DNA of 64,000 bases from Pirellulales bacterium. Lineage in GTDB: Bacteria > Planctomycetota > Planctomycetia > Pirellulales > S012-138. The DNA lies in the NCBI GenBank assembly GCA_028066245.1, contig JALCBR010000008.1:10771-74770 (forward strand). Direction: 5' to 3'. The notes under the pieces were generated by a model. The model was not told the origin of the DNA, made no database searches, and saw only the letters and a program-made list of their open reading frames with translations. Positions 49,294 through 57,935 of this stretch are shown here, in pieces. Position 1 is the stretch's first letter, and the number at the start of each line of letters is the position of its first letter. Made by a program: the position numbers and the translations under genes.

Positions 49294-51915
49294 TTATGGT
49301 TTCTTCTTCCTCTCGTTTCTCTTCTTGTCAGGCTTTTGGGGTGACCCGTTGCCGCTACTGGCAGCCATCTTGCGCCGCTCCCGCGGCGAGGGGCCGGCGT
49401 CTGCCTCCGTGATGGCCGTCTGTTGATCCTTGTTGGGCTTGGGGAGGAACTTTCGCTCCGCAATGCCCCATACGCTTGAAGCGATAAAATACAAACACAA
49501 CCCAGCAGGAACTTTGAAGAACATGAACGCAAAAAAGACCATCATGTACTTCATCAACTTCTGCTGCATTCTCTGTTGATCATCCATCGGTGGCGGCATG
49601 AACATCTTTTGTTGCATGATGAACAAGCCGATGGTCACGATGGGCAGAATGTTGAAATACGGCCCTAGGAATCCGGTGTTTGAAACCAAGAAATCCGGCA
49701 GGAAGGCCCAATCACCCCAGTAGAAAAGCATGTCCGGGGCGGCTAGGTTATCGCACCAAGCTGTGAAGCCGGGAATCAACGGCGCCTGGCGGAGCTCAAC
49801 GTCCAGCATCAACGCGCGATAGAGACCAATGAAAATGGGCAACTGCAAGAACAGGATCAAACATCCACCTAGCGGATGATAGTTGTGCTTGCGGAACAAC
49901 TCTTGAGTCGCCCGCATTTTCTCTTGCGGATTGTTCTTGTACTTTTCATTCAGGCGGCGGATCTCCGGCTGCAGTGCCTGCATCTTTTGCGCGCCAAGAG
50001 CGTTCTTACGACTGAGCGGGAACATCGCTCCGCGGACGATGACTGTCAGAATCAGGATCGCCAAGCCGTAGTTCGGAATGACTCCATAGATGAAGTGCAA
50101 CACGGATTGCAGCACCTTGGCGAACACGCCCCAGATCGGCCACCCATAGTAAACGAGCTCGCTGAGTTGATAATCCGGCTCGGCCAGCAAATCCGTTGAC
50201 TTCGGACCCACGAACAGGCGAAACGAACGACTGATCGTCTTTTCTTCACGTCCCAGCACAACCGGGATACTCAACAATCGGAATGAAGTGTTGGTCAGCC
50301 GAGATTCCTTGGCAGTCCGTGGAGCTCCCACGCGTACCGCTTGGGCGCGTTGAAACCAAAGAGCCGCGTTTTCACCTTCGCCACGGATTGGAATCAAACT
50401 ACTGGCGAAATATCGTGAATCGCTGGAGATAGATTTCAACGGAACTTCACCGCCTGCCCTCGGGAGTTCGTCAAACTTCGCGATCCTTGACGCGCCGATC
50501 AGTGCCGGATCGGCCCCTTCAAACTCGAACATCACATCGCGAGCACCAATGCCTTCAAACCAACCTCGCGCCAGCTTGCTGCTGTACCACCACCCCTCGT
50601 CCGGCAGGCCGTTGAATCCATCAATCTGATAGACCACTTCGCGTTTGACGCCGAGGTTTTCAATCTCCAGATCCATGGTCAGATGGAAACCAGGCGGGAG
50701 ATCTTTGTTATTGTGCTCTTCCGCCAACTCAGATTTCCTGGCCAGGGTGAACCGCTTGGTGTAGCGGAGTTTCCACCGCGGGTCCGTGTATTCGAACTCG
50801 ACGACGTTGTCCTGCCCCTCCGGTCGCTTCACGTTCCACGTGACGTCATGCAGGTTCATCTCGGGAATTTCCGCCGGCAAGCGGACCAGCGCGGTTCGCA
50901 AAGACTTGCCCGTTTCAAAGTTAGCTCTCGGCTCCGCTTCGAAATTCATCCGCAGCCACGCGCCGGTGGGAACTTGTGCCAGGTAATTCTTAAGTTCTCC
51001 GAGATTGGTGAACTCCACCCCATCAACGCTCTTGATCAAGTTTCCCTGCCGTAACCCGGCCACATACATGGGATGTGTCGTGGGAAGATCGCCGACGGTG
51101 ATCCCACCATTTCCACTGAGAAAACGGGTCAGGTCCGAGGCCGCGGGGATTTCGCCATCGCCGTTGTTATTATCTCCTTCAAGTTGTCGCACTGATTGCA
51201 GCGTCAACCGCATGGAAAGAGGGTCTTGAAATACGCTCCCGGGCGCTGTGTTGGGCGCGACAATACTCAGCGGCATCGCCGCTAGCGTCACATCGCGTTG
51301 GACTTGATTTCCACTGCTGTCCGTAATCTCCAATGTCCATTGTGCGCCGACGCGCGCTTGCTCACCGTTGAGCAAAGTTTCCCAATCAAGGACGGACGCA
51401 ACAGGAATCGACTCGCCATTTACTGGAGTGATCGAGGTGACAATGTCGCCCACTTGGACGCCGGCTGCCTGAGCGGGTGTGCCCTCGCCGACTGCTGTGA
51501 CCTCTACTCCCTCCACGCCCGCGGAGCCCATCGGATCGCGCGGAGCAAGATGCCCCAGGTATCCTTGTCGTTCCCGTCGGGCAATGAGATCTTGAAATCG
51601 AGGATTGTTGAGTTCGATCCGCTCGATTGTTCCGCCACGATTGTTGGCCGTGACCAACATGACGTAGTCACTGTCCGGACTGAGCGAACCCAGCGTGACG
51701 CGTTGGGGGGCGACGGCCGGAACGCTGACCGGCGGCGCAATCAACGGATGCGGATCTTTCTCGCCACTGTCTTTGTCGCCATCTTGTTGATTGAGAGCGG
51801 CGTCTTCGCGATCGACTTGATTGCCGGCGTTCCGGTTAACCTTTTGAGACATCCAGATGCTGCACAGCAGGATCAGCATCGAAAGGCTGACAAATGTCAG
51901 GATTTTTCTAGCCAT
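49294..51915 (-). CDS. yidC: membrane protein insertase YidC, long form with PDZ-like insertions
   Basis: The C-terminal core is PLSRKNALGAQKMQALQPEIRRLNEKYKNNPQEKMRATQELFRKHNYHPLGGCLILFLQLPIFIGLY. The probable start MARKILTFVSLSMLILL is at 51915; the ORF is open to 52014. Confidence 0.88.
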   Translation of the reverse strand: MARKILTFVSLSMLILLCSIWMSQKVNRNAGNQVDREDAALNQQDGDKDSGEKDPHPLIAPPVSVPAVAPQRVTLGSLSPDSDYVMLVTANNRGGTIERIELNNPRFQDLIARRERQGYLGHLAPRDPMGSAGVEGVEVTAVGEGTPAQAAGVQVGDIVTSITPVNGESIPVASVLDWETLLNGEQARVGAQWTLEITDSSGNQVQRDVTLAAMPLSIVAPNTAPGSVFQDPLSMRLTLQSVRQLEGDNNNGDGEIPAASDLTRFLSGNGGITVGDLPTTHPMYVAGLRQGNLIKSVDGVEFTNLGELKNYLAQVPTGAWLRMNFEAEPRANFETGKSLRTALVRLPAEIPEMNLHDVTWNVKRPEGQDNVVEFEYTDPRWKLRYTKRFTLARKSELAEEHNNKDLPPGFHLTMDLEIENLGVKREVVYQIDGFNGLPDEGWWYSSKLARGWFEGIGARDVMFEFEGADPALIGASRIAKFDELPRAGGEVPLKSISSDSRYFASSLIPIRGEGENAALWFQRAQAVRVGAPRTAKESRLTNTSFRLLSIPVVLGREEKTISRSFRLFVGPKSTDLLAEPDYQLSELVYYGWPIWGVFAKVLQSVLHFIYGVIPNYGLAILILTVIVRGAMFPLSRKNALGAQKMQALQPEIRRLNEKYKNNPQEKMRATQELFRKHNYHPLGGCLILFLQLPIFIGLYRALMLDVELRQAPLIPGFTAWCDNLAAPDMLFYWGDWAFLPDFLVSNTGFLGPYFNILPIVTIGLFIMQQKMFMPPPMDDQQRMQQKLMKYMMVFFAFMFFKVPAGLCLYFIASSVWGIAERKFLPKPNKDQQTAITEADAGPSPRERRKMAASSGNGSPQKPDKKRNERKKKP

Positions 51916-52186
51916 ACGAAGACTCAGTTCGAATCTGATAAACCGCGTGATATTCCAAACGGGGCGCAAGCTGCGCGAAGACACCCCTTCAACAGAACCA
52001 CCACTGTGCGTCACACCGGCGTTTGCCCAACTTCACCATGTATTCTCGCGGAGCGAGCATTTCTTGCAATGGGACCAGCGAACGCGGCATTTCTCGGAGA
52101 ATGCCAGCCGATGTTTGACCTCACCCCAAAGCCAGACTTGCCGGGCAGACCGATGCTCGGCTTGCAGTGAGCCGGAACGTCAGGGG

Positions 52187-53086
52187 CTATTTCCCGTCTC
52201 GCAGCCTGTCGCCGAGGTTGTTGTCCAATTCTGAAATCTCGTAGATCTTGCGGCGAGTTTCTTCAAAATCGTAGGGAACCCGGCAGAATCGCAACAGTTC
52301 GTCGTCTTCGACAATCACATAGCAGGCTCGGTTATCGCCATCCCGAGGTTGCCCCACAGATCCGACATTGACCATGATCCGCCCTTCGCTGGGTAGTCGG
52401 TACTCATAGGCAGTATCTTCGGGAGCAATGAATTCTGGTTTTTCCGTAAAGACGCCGGGGACATGAGTGTGGCCTTGAAAGCAGAATCGCTGCACCAGGG
52501 CGAAGATCCGTTCGAGCTTTCGCGGCATATAAACGTCTTCGGGGAAGACGTACTCATTGAGAGGGTTGCGGGCGGACCCGTGTACGTAAAGGTAAGGCTC
52601 TTCTCGGTGGGTCCGCGGCAATTCGCCAAGAAATTCCCAACGCTGATCTGGTTGATCCCCAAAGCCCAACGGCTTCTCCAACTGCTCGCGGGTCCAGAAG
52701 ATCGCGCGTTCAGCGACGGTGTGAAAACCTTCAGGGTCGAACAGCGCACCTTGGTCATGGTTGCCCAGCAGGCAGATCTGGGAGTGTTTTTGGACCAGGT
52801 CGATACACTCTCGCGGATTTGGCCCATAGCCGACAATATCGCCCAGGCAGTAGACTTCCTTAATGCCCTTGGATTCGATGTCGGCGAGAACCGCTTCGAG
52901 CCCTTCCAGGTTGGAATGGATATCGCTTATCAGGGCTCGTTTCACGAGAGCAGAATCCGGGGATCGGGATAACGAGCTTAGAAACCAGTTCAAAACCTGA
53001 AGGAGATCAGCGGTCACCGCTGAGCTCGCTCTTGGTCCCTCAGGTATTCTGTATCGGTCCGAGGAGACCTCGGCACAACACTTCAA
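52187..53086 (-). CDS. metallophosphoesterase (calcineurin-like, YfcE/ApaH-related)
   Basis: [23 protein letters not shown] and GHTH motifs are present. A GTG at 52945 ([10 protein letters not shown]) is a plausible shorter start. Confidence 0.8.
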   Translation of the reverse strand: MKCCAEVSSDRYRIPEGPRASSAVTADLLQVLNWFLSSLSRSPDSALVKRALISDIHSNLEGLEAVLADIESKGIKEVYCLGDIVGYGPNPRECIDLVQKHSQICLLGNHDQGALFDPEGFHTVAERAIFWTREQLEKPLGFGDQPDQRWEFLGELPRTHREEPYLYVHGSARNPLNEYVFPEDVYMPRKLERIFALVQRFCFQGHTHVPGVFTEKPEFIAPEDTAYEYRLPSEGRIMVNVGSVGQPRDGDNRACYVIVEDDELLRFCRVPYDFEETRRKIYEISELDNNLGDRLRDGK

Positions 53087-53119
53087 GAAAAATGCGCGAA
53101 ACCATTGGGAAGTCTAAGT

Positions 53120-53426
53120 AGGGGGATTTTGAGGGTCAAGCCGCTTCGAGCGGAATCCACCGCGAACCCCCGACTTGACCGGAATAGTCTCGCGTCAGGA
53201 CTAACCCAACAGCCAGGTGGAGCTAACTCCTCAAAATATCTTGGCAAGAACGCTATGCGGTGGCCAGACTCAGGGCAGGCTGTTGATTATCAATAGCCTA
53301 CGTGAATCCCAGGGATGGATTCCAAATCATGCACAGGTAGCACAACATGCCGCGATGATTTAGAGCGGTGCGAGATTCACTCTCGCACTTGGCTCGGGGT
53401 TGAAAAACGCCACGATGGCGTTTTTT
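53120..53426 (+). promoter_or_regulatory. candidate structured 5' leader / unclassified riboswitch-like or sRNA element
   Basis: Nested complementarity: 53126-34 pairs with 53229-37, and 53135-40 pairs with 53174-79. Hairpins lie at 53141-53, 53185-203, 53277-99, 53304-22 and 53368-88. A terminator hairpin follows, 40 nt before the ATG at 53466. Confidence 0.35.
53403..53426 (+). terminator. intrinsic terminator/attenuator hairpin
   Basis: Perfect 10-bp stem AAAAACGCCA-cga-TGGCGTTTTT, followed by one more T. No upstream plus-strand CDS exists for it to terminate. Confidence 0.6.
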
Positions 53427-53465
53427 CGCCAGCCTGTTCGAGGTGAACCACAACCGTGATACATC

Positions 53466-53966
53466 ATGAATACAGGTCGCCATTCTCACAGCCCGACGAC
53501 ACGAGATGATGCGGCTCTTGTGGCCGCGTTTGAAAACGGAACCTTGCCACACGAAGATTGGAACCACGAGGCTCATCTGCGCGTGGCATTCTGTTATTTG
53601 TCGCAACATGCCTTTGAAGAAGCCATGGAGCGAATTCGAGCTGGGCTCAAGAATTATCTGAGTGCAAAGGAGATCATCAACACCGCGACGCAGGGCTACC
53701 ACGAGACGATGACCCAGCTCTGGATGCATGTGATTGCCGCATTAATGGCAGGCCATGCTGGGGAACGCACAAAACAATCGCTCCTTCAGAAGAATCCAAC
53801 TGGCTCAGCGGAGTTCATTGAACGGAACGCGTTCCTGTTGGAAAAGTCTTTGTGGAGAATGTTCTATTCTCGCCGGCAGATGGTCTCCATACGTGCTAAA
53901 CAAGAGTTCGTGCCGCCTGACATTACTCCACTTCCCAGTTTCGATGACGCCAAAATTCCACGGTGA
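53466..53966 (+). CDS. hypothetical protein
   Basis: 166-aa ORF with normal composition. It is co-directional with kynB and 16 nt upstream of it. I recognise no family. Confidence 0.5.
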   Translation: MNTGRHSHSPTTRDDAALVAAFENGTLPHEDWNHEAHLRVAFCYLSQHAFEEAMERIRAGLKNYLSAKEIINTATQGYHETMTQLWMHVIAALMAGHAGERTKQSLLQKNPTGSAEFIERNAFLLEKSLWRMFYSRRQMVSIRAKQEFVPPDITPLPSFDDAKIPR

Positions 53967-53982
53967 GCAGGAAGCTCATTGT

Positions 53983-54645
53983 GTGGATACAGATTTGCCA
54001 ACCGTTGTATCACTGAGGTCCGATCGCTTGAGAATCTACGACATTACGCCACCCATCACTCCGCAGTTGAAAGTCTGGCCAGGCGATACACCGCCCGAAC
54101 GGCAAGTCCGGCTGGACATGGCGCAAGGCGACAATATCACGCTTTCGACGTTGCGTACGACGGTGCATGCAGGCGCGCACGCCGACGCGCCTAGCCACTA
54201 CGGAGTTGACGCTGCGAGCATCGAGAATTGTCCACTGGAAACCTACCTTGGCCCTTGTCAGGTAGTGAGGATCGAAGCGCCCCGCAAGACTCGCATTACT
54301 CCACAAATGATTGAGGATGAGATTCACGCGCCGCGCGTGTTGCTGAGCACGGGCACGTTTCCCAACTCGGAAGAGCTCAGCACGGATTTCGCGGCGATCT
54401 CACCGGAGTTGGTTAACTCGTTTGCGGATGCGGGTGTCGTGCTGATTGGCATCGATACGCCCAGCGTCGACTTGTTCGATTCCAAAGAACTGCCCGCCCA
54501 CAAGGCGTTTCTTGCTCGAGGCATCTTGATCTTGGAAGGACTCAGGCTTGCTGATGTTCCGCCGGGTACTTATGAATTGATCGCCTTGCCGCTGCCGCTT
54601 GTTGGGTTTGATGGCAGTCCTGTCCGCGCCGTTCTTCGCGGCTAG
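53983..54645 (+). CDS. kynB: kynurenine formamidase / cyclase-family arylformamidase
   Basis: YDITPPITPQLKVWPGDTP, HAGAHADAPSHY, IGIDTPSVD and YELIALPLPLVGFDGSPVRAVLR closely parallel proteobacterial KynB. The GTG at 53983 is preceded by AGGAAG; the ORF is open from 53755. Confidence 0.85.
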   Translation: MDTDLPTVVSLRSDRLRIYDITPPITPQLKVWPGDTPPERQVRLDMAQGDNITLSTLRTTVHAGAHADAPSHYGVDAASIENCPLETYLGPCQVVRIEAPRKTRITPQMIEDEIHAPRVLLSTGTFPNSEELSTDFAAISPELVNSFADAGVVLIGIDTPSVDLFDSKELPAHKAFLARGILILEGLRLADVPPGTYELIALPLPLVGFDGSPVRAVLRG

Positions 54646-54795
54646 CGACTGCGTTTGCTCCGTGCAATTTTTGAATAAGGCGCAACAAGTTTCTGGGGGA
54701 TTCGCGCAACTCGCGGCATTAGTGCTTGACGGCGATTGTCCCGGGATTCGACAATAAACGCCGATTTTAATCATACCTGGAGGAAAACCTAACCA

Positions 54796-54981
54796 ATGAG
54801 TGGTCCGATTGTCCGCTCCGGCGCTTCGCCGGAGTTTTCGCAAAACTGGGAACGAATCTTTGCCAAGCCGGGCAAGAAGTCAACGAAACCCAACGCCACG
54901 TCCAAGAGTAAGGCTAAGCAAGCGGCGTCTAAGCCAGTGAAGAAATCCGCCACCAAAACCACCAAGAAACGTACCACATAG
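54796..54981 (+). CDS. small Lys-rich basic protein
   Basis: GGAGGA lies 11 nt upstream. The 61-aa product has an SQNWERIFAKPGKK motif followed by a K/T/S-rich tail. Confidence 0.45.
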   Translation: MSGPIVRSGASPEFSQNWERIFAKPGKKSTKPNATSKSKAKQAASKPVKKSATKTTKKRTT

Positions 54982-55184
54982 CGGGAACTCCTCAGCAAGA
55001 TGACTTTGCGGGGATGTTTGGTGGGCAATCTTGAGGTGTTGTTGTCCCAAATGCTGGTTCTTTGTGCCAGCTCCTGGGCAACACACTGAATTGAATCGAG
55101 CGATCACCCAACGTTGAGTTGGCTTCCAAGCGTCTCACCTCCTCTGCTGGCTCCAGTCCTTTCCCGTCACTTCAAGGTTCAATC

Positions 55185-56552
55185 ATGCCGATCAAGATCA
55201 GTTGTGCTGTTTGTGGAGCCGCGCTCAAAGCCCCGGATGAGTTGCAGGGTAAATCAGTTCCCTGTCCAAAATGTCAGCAAGCGGTCACCGTTCCGAAGCT
55301 TTCCAGCTTTGCCGATCTGGAGCCCGTTGCCGCGCAGGGAGCAGCCGACCCCTTGGCAGATCTGGCAGATCTCGCGAATCAGCCCGTAGCTGGGTTTGAC
55401 GGCCAGCAACTGCCGGGCGGACAAATGCCTGCGGCGTTCGGCCAGCCTGGAGGCGCTCAGCCGATGGGCGGACAAGCTTTCCCAGCGCAGGGATTTGGTG
55501 GGCAGCAATTTGGCAGTGGGCCCAAGCGGCGCAAGAAGAACAAGATGTTGCTCTTTGGCAGCCTGGGTGCTGGAGCGCTCGTGCTGATCGCAGCGGTCGT
55601 GATCTTGATCGTCACGTTGACCACTGGCGGCGGTGGAGGGGCCGACCCCCTGGACTACATGCCAGCCAACGCGATGGTTATTGTTCAGGCTCGGCCAGCC
55701 GATTTCATGGACTCGGGAGTTTATGGACAACTACAGGCCATCCCCGCTGTTAGCGCGGCGATGAACACCGCTCCGCAGCAGATGGGCTTGACGACTCAAC
55801 TCAGCGTACAGGAGTTTCTCAAAAGCATCGATTCCGTAACGGTGGGTATGCCCAAAGGCTTGGCCAATCCGGGGATGCAAACGGAGCCGCCGTTGATTAT
55901 CGCGATGAGATTCAATCGAAACTATACGTTGGACGATTTCGCGACACGGGAGGAGCAGAGCAAATGGCAGTCGAAGACAGTCGCCGGAAAAACCGTTTAC
56001 ACGATGCCCGAAAGTGGAAGTCAGGCGATGTCACTTGTCGATGCCAGGACGATGATTGTGGGAGTCGACAACTTGGTGTCTTCGGCTCTTGAGCGCGGAG
56101 GCGCGCCGCAACTCTCTCCCGTAGTGCAAGATCTGTTGGATGAAGCCGATATGTCCAACCAATTAGTGATTATCAGTGAAGCCGACAAGGAAATGATGCA
56201 AGGCGCTGCGTTGGGTGGTAATGAGGCGCTTGCCGCGCTCACATCCGTGCGGGGATCGCTGGTTCAGCTCAATGCAACGTCCGGGTTGGCGGTCGACGCC
56301 CTAACGATGATGGCGGATGCTCAGTCCGCTCAATCGCTGGTGTCTGAAGCCAATACGATGCTACAGACGGTCCAAGGGGAGGGTGCCTCTCCTATTCCGC
56401 TTGGGCCTGGAATCAAGCAGGCACTGCAATCGATTCAGGTTTCCGCTGATGGTACTAGCATTCGCGCTTCAGCGTCCGTCTCTGAATCTGCCTTGCAGGA
56501 GCTTTCCGGATTGCTGCAAATGTTCGGCGGCGCTAATGCCTTTGGGGGTTGA
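55185..56552 (+). CDS. zinc-ribbon / TM / periplasmic domain protein, unknown family
   Basis: MPIKISCAVCGAALKAPDELQGKSVPCPKCQQAV carries a CxxC...CxxC pattern. A G/Q-rich linker, the TM helix LLFGSLGAGALVLIAAVVILIV and an approximately 290-aa domain follow. The ORF is open from 55119. Confidence 0.6.
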   Translation: MPIKISCAVCGAALKAPDELQGKSVPCPKCQQAVTVPKLSSFADLEPVAAQGAADPLADLADLANQPVAGFDGQQLPGGQMPAAFGQPGGAQPMGGQAFPAQGFGGQQFGSGPKRRKKNKMLLFGSLGAGALVLIAAVVILIVTLTTGGGGGADPLDYMPANAMVIVQARPADFMDSGVYGQLQAIPAVSAAMNTAPQQMGLTTQLSVQEFLKSIDSVTVGMPKGLANPGMQTEPPLIIAMRFNRNYTLDDFATREEQSKWQSKTVAGKTVYTMPESGSQAMSLVDARTMIVGVDNLVSSALERGGAPQLSPVVQDLLDEADMSNQLVIISEADKEMMQGAALGGNEALAALTSVRGSLVQLNATSGLAVDALTMMADAQSAQSLVSEANTMLQTVQGEGASPIPLGPGIKQALQSIQVSADGTSIRASASVSESALQELSGLLQMFGGANAFGG

Positions 56553-56819
56553 GGAAATCCCGGCGGTGGCGATTTTGGTGGAGACAACTTTAGGGGCGGA
56601 GCTTTTGGCGGAGGCGCTTAGAGCGTTTTTCTTGTTGACGTCCCGTCGCCAACATTGACGACTTCAGATACTGCTGAGGTGTTGAACGACACCGACTGCC
56701 AGCAGAACCGGAATCAATAATCGCTCGAGAACATTTCCTTGATTGGTGTTCTGTTCGTCGGCGTTTCATCAATTCGCGGATGCGTGATGGAATCGCCGCG
56801 GCGTTGTTCATGCAACCCT

Positions 56820-57062
56820 GCTCTCAGGCGTACGGGCGAAATTGACATTGGTCAAATTTTTCCATCCTCCAGGGGGGTGGCGCAAACGCTTCACACCCAT
56901 GCAATGGACCAGCAACGGGACCGCAAACATCACCGACAACCTTGACGTTAAGTTCAGTAGGAAATGAACCGTCGACCCCCTACGGCGCTCGGCAGCGCGC
57001 AGGGCGGCATGAAACACCCCCCAAATTTGACCAATGTCAATTTCGCCCGTACGCCTGAGAGC
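56820..57062. repeat. perfect 40-bp inverted repeat flanking a 163-bp core
   Basis: Left arm 56820-56859 is GCTCTCAGGCGTACGGGCGAAATTGACATTGGTCAAATTT. Right arm 57023-57062 is its exact reverse complement. The stem extends 8 bp further (56872-79 with 57015-22) across a 12-nt bulge. Confidence 0.9.
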
Positions 57063-57138
57063 GGGACGTGTGGTATCCCATCGGGGATAACTCGACAGCG
57101 TCCGCCTGGGTGAGCGGAACAGCAATCCGACAAGTGCG

Positions 57139-57849
57139 CTAGCTTTGTTTGCGGAATTCGGAACGGTAAATGGGTAAGCCTAGCATCCGCTTGCGGCGCT
57201 CAAAGTTTGTTCGGTAGTCGAGATCATGCTGTGGCTCAGCTTCAGCCACTTCAAAGGGCCCTTGCAGTTGCGTGCTGGCGGTCACCGTTTCGACGCCAAC
57301 ATGAAAATACTCTTCAACGTCAGTCCAGAAATGGAGCCTGCCGTCTTGCTTGAGCACGTTTTCAACTAGGCTCACAAACTGCGGATTCATGATCCGGCGC
57401 TTCTTGTGGCGGGCTTTCCACCAAGGGTCAGGAAAATAGACGTGTACAGCGTCAATGGACCCGGCTGAAAGGTCCTCGCGAAAAAAACGTTCCGCATCAG
57501 CTTGAACGCTCACGGCGTTCGCAAGGTCACGACGAGCAAGCCGGCTCGCTGTATAGCGGGCATATTTGCCGCGGAGTTCGACGCCGATGAAGTTCTTGGC
57601 CGGCTCCGCTGCAGCTGCCCCGGCGATGTACATCCCTTTTCCACAGCCGACATCAATTTCCAAAGGCCGGGAAGCAATACTCTCCAACTCTTCCAAGGCG
57701 AAGAGTTCTTCCGCGCCCAGGGAATTGTTGGCATGTCCGATGGGGAATATCTGCTCAGCGGAAAACGGACGGGGCAGCTCGTCGAAGCAGAAGAAATGTC
57801 GGCTTAGGTCAAGCGCAGGATCGATAGGCCGCAGAGCACGACGTCCCAT
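57139..57849 (-). CDS. trmB: tRNA (guanine46-N7)-methyltransferase
   Basis: SAM motif IDVGCGKG and the hallmark FPDPWWKARHKKRRI. Confidence 0.88.
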   Translation of the reverse strand: MGRRALRPIDPALDLSRHFFCFDELPRPFSAEQIFPIGHANNSLGAEELFALEELESIASRPLEIDVGCGKGMYIAGAAAAEPAKNFIGVELRGKYARYTASRLARRDLANAVSVQADAERFFREDLSAGSIDAVHVYFPDPWWKARHKKRRIMNPQFVSLVENVLKQDGRLHFWTDVEEYFHVGVETVTASTQLQGPFEVAEAEPQHDLDYRTNFERRKRMLGLPIYRSEFRKQS

Positions 57850-57935
57850 AGGATAAGAAGAACGCAGAGAGGAATGCTGAATATGACGGACGTGAGGAGA
57901 ACGCCCTCGGGTAGCATTCTATCTTGAAAAAGCGA

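Noticed and set aside
51298-52170. 290-aa plus-strand ORF
   Set aside because: It is antisense to the yidC 5' half and its upstream region, with no motifs and a shadow-frame composition.
53194-53201. GUCAGGAC, identical to the core of the guanidine-III (ykkC-III) riboswitch
   Set aside because: The flanking CCGGACGAGG and pseudoknot partners are absent. Here the octamer spans the loop/stem boundary of a simple TAGTC/GACTA hairpin.
56816-57066. Target-site duplications flanking the 40-bp inverted repeat
   Set aside because: The flanks (…CATGCAACCCT | … | GGGACGTGTGG…) share no direct repeat, so I do not call the element a mobile element outright.
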